A program made the translations under genes and the position numbers. The notes beneath the pieces are model-generated. The model ran no database searches and had not been told where the DNA came from. It was given only the letters and a program-made list of their open reading frames with translations. From Mobula hypostoma (taxonomy: Eukaryota), in assembly GCF_963921235.1 (NCBI RefSeq), contig NC_086097.1, positions 62,684,001-62,748,000 on the forward strand: a DNA stretch of 64,000 bases, given 5' to 3'. Position 1 is the stretch's first letter; the number at the start of each line of letters is the position of its first letter. Shown piece after piece: positions 51,011-64,000 of this stretch.

Positions 51011-52360
51011 AGAGATTGTGCTTGTGATCAAAGGTCAAAGTTCAAAGTAAATTTATTGTCAAAGTACATATATGTTACCACATACTATGCTGAGGTTCAT
51101 TTTTTTGTGGCCATTCACAGTGAATATGAAGAAACACAATAGGGTCATTGACAACGCGCAAAACAAAGACAGACAAATGATCAATGTGCAAAGGACAACA
51201 AATTGTGTAAGTACAAGAAAATATACAAAGTAATAATAAATAAATAATGAATATTGAGAGCATGAGTTGTAGAGTGATTGAAAGTGAGTCCATAAGTTGT
51301 GGAATCAGCTTGGTGTTGGAGTGGGTGAAGTTATCCACAATAGTTCAAGAGTTTGATGGCTGAGGGGTAGTAACTGTTTCCAAACCTGTGGCATGAGACC
51401 TACAGCTCCAATACCTCCTTCCTGATGGCAGCAGTGAGAAAAGAGCATGGCCTGGAAAGTAGGGGTCCCTGATGATGGATGCTACTTTCCTGCAACAGTG
51501 GTCCTTATAGATGTGCTCAATGGTGAGGAGGGCTTCACCTGTGATGGACTGGGCTGCATCTACTACTTTTTGTAGGCCTTTTGGGTCAAGAGCATCTGTG
51601 CTTCCATACCAGGTCATAATACAACCAGTTAGTATACTCTCCACTCTATGTCTATAAAAATTTGTCAAAGCTTTAGGTGACATGCTGAATCTTGGGAAAC
51701 TTCTCAGAAAGTAGAGACACCTTCTTTATAATGACACTTACATGCATTACCCAGGACAAGTTCTCTGAAATGATAGTGCTGGATATTGAAAGTTAATGAC
51801 CCTCTACGCCTCTGATCCCACAGTGAGAACTGGCTCATGGATCTCCAGATTCATCCTCCTGTAGTTAATAATCGGTTCTTTGGTTCTGCTGATGTTAAAT
51901 GAGAGATTAATGTTGTGGCACGATTCATCCAGATTCTATCTCCTTCCTTTGATTGGCCAACAACAGTGGTGTCATCAGCAAGCATAAGTATGGTATTGGA
52001 CCTGTACTTGGCCTCACAGTCATAAATAAAGTGAGTAGAGTAAGGAGTTAAGCACAGACGAGGTCTGCAAGTGAGGAAATTGAGGATCCGGTTGCACAGC
52101 AAGGTATTGAGGCCTCGGTCTTAGAGCTTATTGATTATCTTTGAGGAGACGATAGGGTTGAAAGCTGAGCTGTAACCAAGGAAGAGCCTCCTGATGTATG
52201 CATCTTCACTGGCCTGATATTTCAGGGTTGAGTGAAGAGCCAATGAAATGGCATCTGCTGCTGACCTGTTGTGACGGTAGGCAAATTGGAGCAGAGCCGA
52301 GTCACTCCTCAGGCAGGAGTTGATAGGCTTCATCGCCAAGCTCTCAAAGCACTTCATCAC

Positions 52361-52713
52361 TATGGACATTTACAAAGACAGGTGTGTAAAAAGGGCCCGA
52401 AGGATCTTTGGGGACCCAAGTCACCCCAATCACAAACTGTTCCAGGTGTTACCATCTGGGAAACAGTACCGTAGCATAAAAGTCAGGACCAACAGGATCT
52501 GGGACATCTTCCACCAGGCCATCAGATGGCTTAATTCATGCTGATGCAACTGTATTCCTGGGTTATATTGACTATCCTGTTGTACATAATATTTATTATA
52601 AATTACTATAAATTGCACATTGCACATTTGGATGGAGACTTCTAATGTAAAGATTTTTACTCCTCATGTAAATGAAGGATGTAAACAATGATGTCAATTC
52701 AATTCAATTCAAT
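52361..52713 (+). mobile_element. Rex1 LINE 3' end
   Basis: DPSHPNHKLFQVLPSGK; (CAATT)n tail. Confidence 0.88.
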
Positions 52714-52718
52714 GTAAG

Positions 52719-53832
52719 TGTCACAAGGTGGTGGCTGGGAAATGGACCCAAGTGCAAGACACAGACACTGAAGTACTAGGGACAGGGCTAGGATACAGGC
52801 CAATGACAAGGACATAGACAGGAAAACCAGGAACCTGGAACAGGATTGAACAAGAGAGCTAGGAGCCTGGGCTTGGACTCTGAGCCAGAGACTGGACAAG
52901 GACCCAATACCTGGGTCTTTCCTCTGGCTCAGACCCCAGAACTAGGTAAGGACGAGGCTTGGCAGGCAGGCAAGATGAGGCTGGAGTCTTCAGGCTCGAG
53001 GCTAGACAAGAGACGAGGCGAGGCTTGGCAGGAGGCTGGAGACTTGAGACTTGAGGCGAGGCTGGAGGTTTGAGACTTGAGGCGGGGCGAGGCTGGAGGC
53101 AGGAGATTTGAGGCAGGGTGAGGTTGGAGGCAGGAGAAATGAGGCAGGGCTGGAGGCAGGAGACTTGAGGCAAGGCTGGAGGCAGGAGACTTGAGGCAAG
53201 GCTTGGCTCGGCTCCTCCTGGGCAGGGAGCAGTACTCCTGGGCAGGAAGCGGTTCACCACCCGACAGAGGCACAGGACAGGGAGGGACAGAACCAACCGC
53301 AGGTAACGGCGAGATGGCCTGACTTACCCAACGGAGGCAAGGGACAGGAAGGGACAGAACCGACCCCAGGTAACGGCAAGACGGCCTGATTTACCTGGGC
53401 AGAGGCAAGGGACAGGAAGGGAGCTAGGTACAGGGTGGCTCCAGGACAAGACTGCAGGTGAGACGAGGCGAGACTTACCGGAAAAACAAGGCAAGGCTTC
53501 TGGCAAAGCAAGGCGAGACGAGAACTTCAGGCGGGGCGAGAGTTACCGGCGAGACGAGAACTTCAGGCGAGGCGAGAGTTACCGGCAAGACAAGGCAGGG
53601 CTTCAGGTGAGGAAACAGAAGGCAGAGCAAGGAATACAAGGAGTAAGGACAAGAACAATCCAGCAACCACACCCTGGTCTCTGGAGGTATTTATGCAGTC
53701 AGCCCCAACGAGCATCAGCTGCCTCAATTAACTCAACAAGGACAGAAACAGGGTAGACAGGAAAACCTGGAGCAAGGGTCAATGGACCGGACCATGAACC
53801 AGAATACGGACTTCACGGACCGGACCATGACA
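52719..53832 (-). mobile_element. Solo LTR, 1114 bp, with internal tandem repeats
   Basis: Minus strand TGTCATGG...TGTGACA; TSD GTAAG at 52714-52718 and 53833-53837; GGCTGGAGGCAGGAGACTTGAGGC-type repeats at about 53000-53200. Confidence 0.9.
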
Positions 53833-54129
53833 GTAAGTGCTATTGGATGATAGTCATTGAGAGATGCTACCACATTCTTCCTGGGCATCGGTAAAATTAA
53901 AACCTGCTGAAGCAGGTGGGTATCTTAGACTGCTGAAGCAGAAAGATTAAGATATCTATAAACAGTCCAGCCAGTTGATTAGTACAGGTGTTTACTATTT
54001 GGCGTGGTACACCATCTGGGCCCAATACCTTCTTGAAGAATGCTCTCATATCCCCCCCAGAGACTGAAATCACAGGTTTGTCATGGATTGTGGGAGTGAA
54101 GGTTCCTCTATCTTCTATACTTATCGAAT

Positions 54130-55100
54130 TCTCTAGAACCCACTTCCCTAGAGTTCCCAGATTCTGGAAAGATTGAACCCATAATGGAGAGCAGTAAATG
54201 CAATGCCCCTATTCAGGAAAGGAGGGAAGCAGAATGGAGGAAACAGTAAGCCAGTTAGCCCAGCATCTGTTACTGGAAAATGTGTGCAACAATTAATAAG
54301 GTACTAGTGACAAGATATACAGAAAATTGTAATAAAATTAAGAATGTTTGCATTGATTTATGAAGGGTTCATGCCAGTTCATTTGACAAATTCAGAAGAG
54401 TATTTTTGAGAATATACTTGGCAGTGAATAGAGGAACCAGCAATGAATTTAGATTTCTACTAGCTATTCAATAAGGTGCCTCATAAAAATTACTGCACAT
54501 TTTAAAAAAAAATTGTCATTATGATTAATGTATTGGCATGGATAGTGGACACAGGAGATCACTCCTGCTGGAATATGGAACCACAAAGTTCTGGAAGAAC
54601 TCAAAAGGTCAGGCTGCATCTAAGGAGGGAAATGGCGGGGGGTGTTGCTGGGAGAGGGTCAACGCTTCATGTGAAGACCCTTCATCCAGACTGGATAGGG
54701 GATAGGTTATCTCACAATAAACAGGATATGAGTTAAGTGGGTTATCACCATACTGACAAGCTATGGGTGGCATAAAAATCAATGCCGTGCCTTCAAATCA
54801 TGAAAATCTATGTGAATAATATAGATGAAAGGAACTCTGAGTTTATTGTAGCCAGATTTGCTAATGATGTAAGATAAATGAGAAAGTAAGCTGTGATGTA
54901 GATGCAAGGTGTCTAAGAAGGAATGGAGGGAGGTTTAGTAGCAAACATAAATTTGGAGGACAGAGTGGGGAAATTGGGGGAATCTCTAGTTTAGCAGAAA
55001 GGAGAGAAAAGCATTTATTTTTGTAAATGGAGAGAAAGTACTAAAGGTTGCTACAGTATACAGATCTGGATATCCCAAATGAATGTTAGGATGCAGGACA
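54130..55100 (+). mobile_element. Decayed CR1 RT region with a Neptune-type fragment at about 54548-54695
   Basis: AIQ-KVPH-like and FANDV (FADD-like) relics. Confidence 0.7.
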
Positions 55101-55104
55101 GCAG

Positions 55105-55380
55105 ATAGAATCACAAGAGACTGCAGTTGCTGGAATCAGGAGCAGAAAAGCAAACTGCTGGAGGCTTTCAGGAGTTCAGGCAGGAAGCAAAGAGATGGTA
55201 GATGCTTCTGGTGGAGATCTGCATCAGGACGGAGAGTTTAGAGCCAGGTTTCGCATCCTGGTGTTTCATGGTTAATGGTAGGGGTCCACAAGATAGAAAA
55301 GGTTGGGAAGCCCTGGTGGAGAGGGAGGATAGACAATATAAAGAGGGGTTGAGGTGGGAGCTAGTAAATGAGAGATGTTG
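55105..55380 (-). mobile_element. Old Neptune-type terminal fragment
   Basis: ACAAGAGACTGCAGTTGCTGGAATC start as in other copies. Confidence 0.6.
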
Positions 55381-55899
55381 TGGTAATAATTTACTTATTT
55401 TTACTCTGCTATGAAGCTTTGAATGAATAGTGGTGTCGTTACACTTTTCTAATGGGAATGATCAGCTTGCCCATCAGTCATTCATAGAAGTCTAACTTTT
55501 TTGTTTTTGTGCCCTTATCCTCCCATGAAATCCAACTGGAAGCACCAGAAGATAAGACTTTAATTGGACTTGTGCCAAGTATAAATCAATAAAAAAATTG
55601 CATACTGTAGCGGTGTGCTACACACAGCGCTAGAATAACCACACGGAGTCGGTGAGTTGGAGTTGCGATGAAAGAGGTTTATTCAAACTTCGCGGCCTGC
55701 TTTAAAGCCTTCCCATTCCTGCCCTCCCTGGGCGGAACTGCTGTGGGGAAAGCATATTCCCAGACCCTTTCCGTGCACGGGATTTTCCCCCTGCTGGTGA
55801 AGATGGCCTGGTGCCCTTTTTGGGGCCGGCCTCTCTGCCGGCGCGCTGGTTCATATGTGCTAGAAAGTGGGTCGCCACATAATGCCCCCGCCCCCATAA

Positions 55900-58800
55900 C
55901 CGGCGATACCTTCCCCCAATGTCCACAGTCTGGATTGGCCTCTGTTTGGGAGGGCTGTCCCTGTGCCGCGGTGCCTGAGCCTGGACCGGCTGCGCCAAGT
56001 CCACATGGGCCGGTTTGAGTCGGTCCACCGTGAAATCCTTTTCTCTCCCCCCAATGTCCAGCACGAACATGGACCCGTTGTTCCTGATCACCTTAAATGG
56101 CCCCTCGTAGGGCCGCTGTAGCGGTGCCCGGTGTCCGCCCCGTCGTACAAAAAGAAACTTACAGTTCTGCAGGTCTTTGGGTACGCAGGTCGGGCTCTGT
56201 CCGTGCTGTAAAGTGGGTACGCGGGCCAGGTTACCGAGCCTCTCCCGTAGTCTGTCCAGGACTGCTGTGGGTTCTTCCTCTTGCCCCCTTGGGGCTGGTA
56301 TGAACTCTCCTGGGACTACCAGGGGTGTGCCGTACACCAACTCAGCCGACAAGGTGTGCAGATCTTCCTTGGGCGCCGTGCGGATTCCGAGCAGGACCCA
56401 GGGAAGCTCGTCCTCCCAGTTAGGCCCCTCCAGGCGGGCCATGAGAGCCAGCTTCAGATGATGGTGGAAACACTCCACTAGTCCGTTCGATTGTGGGTGG
56501 TAGGCAGTTGTGTGGTGTAGCTGCGATCCTAAAAGGCTGGCCATAGCTGACCACAGGCTGGAGGTGAACTGGGCACCCCTGTCGGAGGTAATGTGGGCCG
56601 GTACCCCGAAGCGTGCTACCCAGGTTGTGATCAGCGCTCGGGCGCAGGATTCAGAGGTGGTGTCGATGAGCAGGACTGCCTCTGGCCATCTGGTGAACTG
56701 GTCTATCATAGTTAGGAGGTACCGCGCTCCTCGTGACACTGGCAGGGGCCCCACGATATTCACATGAATGTGGTCGAACCTCCGGCGGGTGGGTTCGAAC
56801 TGCTGCGGCGGAGCCTTGGTGTGCTGCACCTTGGCCGTTTGGCACGGCATGCACGTTTTGGCCCATTCACTGACCTGTTTACGCAGCCCATGCCACACGA
56901 ACCTGTTGACGACTAGCCGGACGGTTGTCCTGATGGAGGGGTGCACTAAGTTGTGAATGGAGTCGAAAACCCGCCGGCGCCAGGCTGCTGGGACAACGGG
57001 GCGGGGTTGGCCGGTAGCTACGTCACATAGTAGGGTCCTCTCACCTGGGCCTACGGGGAGGTCTTGGAGCTGCAAACTGGAGACTGCAGTCCTGTAACTG
57101 GGGATCTCAGCGTCTGCCTGCTGTGCCTCTGCCAGCGCTGCATAGTCCACCCCCTGGGACAGGGCCTGTATGGTAGGTCTGGATAGTGCATCCGCCACGA
57201 CGTTGTCCTTTCCCGAGACATGCCGGATGTCCGTCATGTACTAGGAGATGTAGGACAGATGTCGCTGCTGGCGGGACGACCAGAAGTCGGACACCTTTGT
57301 GAACTCAAAGGTAAGCGGTTTGTGGCCTGTAAATGTGGTGAAGGGCCTACCTTCTAAGAAGTACCTGAAATGCCGGATTGCCAGGTATAGTGCCAATAGC
57401 TCCTGGTCGAAAGCACTGTATTTGAGTTCGGGTGGTCGTAGGTGTTTGCTGAAGAACGCCAGGGGTTGCCAGGGACCCTCGATGAGTTGTTCCAGTACTC
57501 CACTGACTGCTGTGTTGGATGCGTCCACCATGAGGGCAGTAGGAACGTCCGTTCTGGGGTGCACTAGCATCGCGGTGTTTGCCAAAGCTTCTTTGGTTTT
57601 ACCGAAAGCGGCTGCAGCCTCTTCGTTCCAGGTAATGTCCTTGCCCTTACCCGACATCAGAGTGAACAGTGGGTGCATGGTTCGGGCTGCTGAGGGGAGG
57701 AAACGGTGGTAGAAATTCACCATACCCACAAATTCCTGCAGGCCTTTGATTGTGTTGGGTCTGGGGAAGTGGCAGACCACATCTACCTTGGTGGGCAGAG
57801 GGGTTGCCCCGTCTTTAGTAATCCTGTGGCCCAGGAAGTCGATGGTGTTGAGTCCGAACTGGCATTTGGCTGGGTTGATTGTAAGGCCAAATTCGCTCAG
57901 GTGAGAGTAGAGCTGGCGGAGGTGGGACAGATGCTCTTGACGACTACTGCTGGCTATGAGGATGTCGTCCAAGTAGATGAATGCAAAGTCCAGGTCGCGT
58001 CCCACCACGTCCTTTAGCCGCTGGAACGTCTGTGCGGCATTCTTTAGACCGAACGGCATTCGGACGAATTTGAAAAGTCCAAACGGGGTGATGAGTGCTG
58101 TTTTAGGGATGTCATGAGGATGTACGGGATTTGATGGTATCCCCGGACGAGGTCTACCTTGGAAAAGATCCTTGCGCCGTGTAGGTTTGCTGCAAAGTCT
58201 TGAATGTGCAGCACAGGGTAGCGGTCTGACGTTGTATCCTCGTTCAGTCTGCGTTGTCACTGCATGGTCTCCAGCCCCACCGTTGCCTTGGGCACCATGT
58301 GCAGAGGGGAGGCCCATGGGCTGTCGGACCGTCGTATGATCCCCAATTCCTCCATCTTCTTGAACTCCTCCTTCGCCAGTCGGAGCTTGTCCGGGGGAAG
58401 CCTTCAAGCACGGGCGTAGAGGGGTGGTCCCTGGGTCGGGATGTGGTGCTGTACTCCGTGTCTGGGCATGGCTGCCATGAACTGCGGTATCAGTACTGAT
58501 GGGAAATCCGCCAGGACCCTGGTGAATTTGTCGTCGGACAGCGTGATGGAGTCCAGGTGTGGGGCTGGCAACTTTGCTTCACCCAGGGAGAACATTTAAA
58601 AAGTCTTGGCGTGGACTAATCGCTTCCCTTGCAGGTCGACCAGCAGGCTGTGGGCTCGCAGAAAATCCGCCCCCAGGAGTGGTTGGGCCACTGCGGCCAG
58701 TGTGAAGTCCCACGTGAACCGGCTGGAGCTGAACTGTAGCCGCACCGTGCGGGTGCCGTAGGTCCGTATTATACTGCCATTTGCGGCCCTCAGGGTGGGT

Positions 58801-59617
58801 CCGGGTTCTCTGTTGCAGGTGTTGTAACTCGTTGGAGGTAAAACGTTGATCTCTGCTCCGGTGTCGACCAAAAATCAGCGTCCTGACTGCTTGTCCCAGA
58901 TGTACAGGAGGCTGTCTTGATGGCCAGCCGCAGTAGCGATCGGCGGCGGCTGGGCCTTGGCGTTTCCCGGGAATTTACAGGGTGGTCTACAGCGGCGGGC
59001 CTCTGTGCCCCACCCCCCTGGTGGTAGAAGCACCATTGTTCACTGGGCTCTGCTGCCGGGCCTGGTCTGGTCTGTCGTTGGGCACGCGGCTTGCTGATCT
59101 GTTCGACGGATGCCCCTCTCTCCTTCTTGGCATTCCACAGCACATCTGCCCGGGCTGCCACCTCCCAGGGGTCACTTAAATCTGTGTCGGACAGCAGCAG
59201 GCATATGTCCTCGGGCAGTTGCTCTAGGAACGCCTGCTCAAACATGAGGCAGGGTTTATGTCCTTCAGCCAGGGCCAGCATCTCGTTCATTAGTGCTGAC
59301 GGTGGCCTGTCTCCCAAACCAACCAGGTGCATTAAGCGGCGTGCTCATTCACGCCGTGAGAGTCCGAAGGTCCTTATGAGCAGGGCTTTGAATGCTGTGT
59401 ATTTGCCGTTCTCCGGGGGCGACTGTATAAACTCCTCAACTTGTGCAGCAGTCTCCTGGTCGAGGGAGCTCAGCACGTAGTAGTAGCGAGTGGACTCCGA
59501 GGTTATCTGCCGAATGTGGAATTGTGCTTCTAACTGTTCCAACCACAGACGGGGTAGCAGCAGCCGAAAGCTTGGAAGTTGTAATGAAACTGCGTAAACA
59601 GATGCGGCGTCGGTCAT
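55900..59617 (-). pseudogene. gag-pol: gag-pol (protease, RT, RNase H, integrase) with a few stops and frameshifts
   Basis: VDTGAE, MPFGLKNAAQTFQR, YLDD, DAS...ELLA, HNLVHP...CMPC, TSDRG, PYEGPF. Confidence 0.93.
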
Positions 59618-59641
59618 CTCTGGCCCAAATATCGTTTGGGC

Positions 59642-59655
59642 CGTCAGGGTCACCA
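59642..59655 (-). promoter_or_regulatory. Primer binding site, tRNA-Trp-like
   Basis: TGGTGACCCTGACG versus tRNA-Trp complement TGGTGACCCCGACG. Confidence 0.85.
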
Positions 59656-61126
59656 AATGTAGCGGTGCGCTACACACAGCGCTCGAATAATCACACGGAG
59701 TTGGTGAGTTGGAGTTGCGATGAAAGAGGTTTATTCAAACTTCGTGGCCTGCTTTAAAGCCTTCCCATTCCCGGCCTCCCTGGGGCGGGACTGCTGTGGG
59801 GAATGCATATTCCCAGACCCTTTCTGCGCGCGGGATTTTCCCCATACTGGTGAAGATGGCCTGGCGCCCTTTTTGGGGCCGGCCTCTCTGCCGGCACTCG
59901 CCGGTTCATGTGTGCTAGAAAGTGGGTCGCCACAATACAAAGAAATAACCTGTAAAAGTTGTTATGGTTAAACCTGATACGAATACCATGATCTCAATAA
60001 AATGTATGGAGAAAGAGGCTGCTGGTAGTAAGTGGAATGTAACTTCTTATTTGACTTAACTTGGCTTGCATGTTCTAAATTATTTTAATGTATGTATGTG
60101 TTTTAAAACAAAACTTGACTACATTTTTAATTCTATAGTTTTGAAGACACTTCCAAAATTTTAGTAGTATACTGAGATAAATTAAACAGGAATCCGGATG
60201 AGATTAGTTGTTGATTCATTATCCTCTACTTCGCACAACTACCAAGACAAATTTCGTTCCATCTTGTCAAAAATTCCAAGGCTTGACCTGTAATGGATTG
60301 TTGTATTAGTGAGGGAGCTCAGAATGATTCAGGTCAGTCAAGACGGGAAATATACGTGTGGCAACTACGCACTTCTCAGAGAGACATATGCATGAATTCT
60401 CTGATAAGTAGTTTGTTGTAGACCCACTTGGAAAGGAACATGTAGCAAAGCCTACAACCTGTGATTACATCAAAATTATTGGCATTGCTTGTTGAAACCT
60501 GGCCAAGCTTGCATAGAATCACTCGCAAAAATATATGGTGCAATCATGTGTGGAAGGTCTTACCTGTAATATTTTGATAGCTGTTATATTTTGATGGAAA
60601 TGCGCAACCGTCTGAAATACAGAAAACTGCAAATCAACCCTTTAGGTCACTCAGTTTAATACGTCACAGAAACAGAAAGTTTATAAGTATCAGAAAGGAA
60701 TATTTATATATCCAGAAAAGCTTTGCATGGCACTGACACTGAGCTTTCACAACAACTAACAAGTTAAGTTTCATATACTGAGTTTGATCATTATCATTCT
60801 GGAGGAAAATGAATTCCTTGTCGATGGTCCATTAAATATTAAATGAGGATTGAAATTAGTGGAAATAGAATCCACGAAGAGGCAGAGGCCAGTGTCACAT
60901 GGAGGACTGCGGCTATGCCAGTCAGTCACAGCTTTTTCATCCCTGGAGTCTTGAAAAGGGTCCCAAGGCATTCAGTCCAAAAAAGATACAGCCTGCCACT
61001 TTGAGGCCATCAGTATCCAGATCTGCTCAGAATTGCTTGATTACAATGCAAACCGGCATTGGCAGTGGCCTGCACGTTCATTTTACATGGCAGAAACACC
61101 CAGGAGGAATCTCAGTTGATGGGAGA

Positions 61127-62558
61127 TGTTGTATATTTCATATTTCAGTAATATTTGAGTAATATTGTAAATATATTGTATGATTAAGCATCCTTTGTTG
61201 AAGGATGTCGTTATATGTTGAAGTACATGAATCGCACACATCATCATCCTAACATGTCATAAGTGTGCACCTCATTAAAGTAAAATGGAACGTATGTAGT
61301 TACTTCCTGCCCAATGTTTTCTCTTTCAATTTTTGCTTTGTAGTTACAAAACAAAGCAATAGGGAAAAGGAAATTTTAAACAAGCTCAAAACAACTAACT
61401 TCCTGCTGAAGCTTAGCATGGCATGAGAGTTTCTTTGAAAAGCACAGCTAAAAATAGTCAAGTTAAAAATAAAACAGCATAGCATGTCTCCTCAGAAGGG
61501 AGAGGGAGAACATGGTTGGGATAAAAAAAGGCAGACAACAAACAAATTTATGAGCTCAAAGACAGTGAGAACTGGGTGTTAATTATAAATAAAAAAAAGT
61601 CTGGTTATATCAGAAAGATAGAAGTGTTTGATTGCACAAGAGAAAACTGGATATTGCATATTGAGCAAATTGAACGGTATTTTGAAGCAAATGAAATAGC
61701 CAGGAGAAGCAAGTGTCAATTTTGCTGAGTACACTGTGTTTAAAGGTATGCAGTTCGTTTAAAGATTTGACTATTGCAGCCAAACCAGCCAAACTGAGCT
61801 TTGCTGGTGTTGTGAAAGTAATGCAGGAAGATTTACAACCAAAGCCATTGTCAATTGCAGAACACTTCTGGTTTCATCAGTGGAATTAAAAGGAAGGGGA
61901 GCCTATTTCAGTGTACATGGCTCAATTGAAGAGATTGTCTGAGAATTGTCAGTTCAGTGATGGGGTTAATGAAGTACTTAGAAATCGTTTAGTTTATGGA
62001 ATCGTATAAGAAAGCATTCATAAACAGCTCCTAACTGAGGGACAACTTGCATTTAAAAGAGCAGTTCAAATAGCTGTATCAATGAAAACAGCAGCCAGAG
62101 ATGCAACTGAGTGTGAACAAAATTGTAGTGCCTAAACAGAAACCAGCCAGGCAGGGACTCACATATAACACACCAATGCATGTTTAAAGCAAATCTTACA
62201 GAAAATGCCACAAAATAGAATATCGACAAAGAGTGTGTCAGGCAGACAAAAATAAATGGACTGCACAGAGAAGAGAAAAAGATAAAAAGTCAAGTTGCAG
62301 TCCAAAAAGAGGACTAATCTGCATGCTGTTGATGAAAATATGATAATGATGACAGTGACACAGGACTACGTAGCTTTGAGAGTTACAATGTGGAAACTAT
62401 CAATAGACAAGCATTATGGCTTACACTAGAAGTGAACAGCAAATTAGTAAAAATGGAACTGGACAGTGGTTCGGCTCTTTCAGGGATTCCACAAAATGAA
62501 TTTGAATGGCAACTCAAAGATACTGAACTGAAGCCTGCAGATATCTAACTCAGAACTT
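61127..62558 (+). mobile_element. Mag-clade Gypsy fragment: LTR (about 61127-61353), gag and protease start
   Basis: YFEANEI, PKPLSIAEHFWFHQ, LKRLSENCQF, LRNRLVYGI, MELDSGSALS. Confidence 0.8.
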
Positions 62559-63742
62559 AATTTGATGCCTCATTTAAATCCAAGTTTCCTGGAGGCCCAA
62601 ATCTATAGTCTGCTGGTATTGGCAAAGACATAAACTGAAACCAAAGTGTCTGCATTATATCCAGCATGCTAATATTGTTACTTTATTTTTTAAATTTACA
62701 TTAAAAGAAAATAAAACCTAGGTTTTTTTTAAAGTCTCAAGGAAAGGACAAATGACAAAGCTTACATATTATGTATTCTTACTTTATTCTAAAATTTATG
62801 CAAATCAAAAAAGCAACAAAAACAATAATTTAAGAACTCAGAGGGAGGCATATTTGTCCTGCTTGAAGTGATTTGTAAAAATCTATCTGTTGAAATAACC
62901 ACTTCTCACATCATTGATTCAGCTGTTCTTTATCATGTTGACAGAGCCCTGGCATTGATTAAAGACCTGATAATAAAGGATAGCCTCAGTTAACACAGTG
63001 AAAGATTATCTGCTGATCAACAGAAGTAAGAAGACTGAATTAAAAATATCATCAGATTACATGCACTTTGATTAAATTAATTGATATGTTTTCCTTAGTC
63101 TTGAGGTTGCTTGTCCTTTACTTATGGTTCAAAGCACCATTAAGGGAGACAGAATGGATTACACACTTTATCACTGACATTTATTTTGACTTTTCAAGTA
63201 ATAGACATCTTATTTCGCAGGGCTTTTTTTTGCTGTTAAGCAGAAACATTTGAAGAGCAGACAAGTGAAATGAACGGTTGTCCAAAAAACTATAGTGATT
63301 TAGAAGCCAGTTTTAAAGCCACCTGGTTTTCTCTGTTTTGAAATTCAGAGAATACCGGAGTCTAAAATGACTGCAATTTCACTGCGTCCATGGTTTATTG
63401 CTGTCCATAGATGCTGCCTCACTACTCCATAAATACACAGCACATACAGTGTAGAGATTGTGCAAAGAGGGGGAAGTAGATAAGGAACAGTATAAGAATA
63501 ATACAAGTTTTGGATCAAGGAGCATTCATTCCAAGATGCCCCATTGAAATCATCTTGTTATAAAGGGAAAGTTTCTTCTGAAGGTCAAACCCTGATTCCA
63601 TATGAATTCTTTCTGTCTACACAACTCTCATCAAGCAGTCTGATCTCACTTGTGTTACCTACCTGGCATCTGTCATATATGGTCCTTGCTCTGCCCTATT
63701 TCACTGATTTTCTCTTGGTCATATAGGGAGATCTGTTTTTAT

Positions 63743-64000
63743 AAACACAAGGAAGCCTGTAGATGCTGGAAATCCAGAGCAGCACACACCAGATGCTGGA
63801 GGAAATCAGCCTGTCAGGCAGCATCTATGGAAATGAATAGATAGTGAATGGTTTGGGCTGAGATTGAAAAGGAAGGGGGATATTGCCAGAATAAAAGGTG
63901 GGAGGGGGGGTGAGGGGAACGAGTCTAGCTGGAAAGTGATACGTGAAACCAAGCGCGTGGGAGAGGTCAAGGGCTGGAGAAGAATGAATCTGATAGGAGA
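63743..64000 (-). mobile_element. Neptune-type terminal fragment running off the window
   Basis: Homologous to 10110-10410. Confidence 0.8.

Larger units (their letters stand above)
51025..54100 (-). mobile_element. Rex1 LINE split by a Rex1 tail and a solo LTR (51025-52360 and 53833-54100)
   Basis: MKCFESL, LFLGYSSAFN, LADD, ESILTGCI. Confidence 0.85.
55606..59934 (-). mobile_element. CsRn1-clade Gypsy LTR retrotransposon, full-length, decaying
   Basis: LTRs 55606-55879 and 59658-59934; TSD ATAC; tRNA-Trp-like PBS; G-rich PPT at 55880-55895; gag WCFYH (CHCC-type) motif. Confidence 0.92.

Noticed and set aside
52859..53296. Pro/Ser/Cys-rich repeat protein
   Set aside because: Translation of tandem repeats inside a solo LTR; open in several frames
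57241..57243. Functional stop separating RNase H and integrase
   Set aside because: HLSYIS*YMTDI is most simply a GAG-to-TAG mutation in an element with other lesions

Overview
Eukaryotic (vertebrate) genomic DNA made almost entirely of transposable elements. The repeat set (HE1/V-type SINEs, CR1, Rex1/Babar, Penelope-like elements) suggests a cartilaginous fish, probably a ray; this is inference. I recognise no host protein-coding gene. Main contents: (1) a very young Gmr1-like Gypsy element (1-4744) with identical LTRs and a nearly open gag-pro frame running into a gutted pol whose RT YxDD position reads CIGN; (2) an old retrovirus-like provirus on the minus strand (18162-23702) with tRNA-Pro PBS, gag, an integrase C-terminal relic and a non-env 3' region; (3) a decayed PNMA-type Gypsy (28154-36005), a CsRn1-type Gypsy (55606-59934), a Mag-type fragment and solo LTRs; (4) many Penelope-like fragments carrying minimal hammerhead ribozymes, several with inverted arms and 10-13 bp TSDs; (5) a nested insertion stack at 12640-17830; (6) short unique AT-rich islands with a possible enhancer and two well-formed minus-strand splice-site pairs. 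Everything was read by eye, with no database search; boundaries of old elements are approximate.
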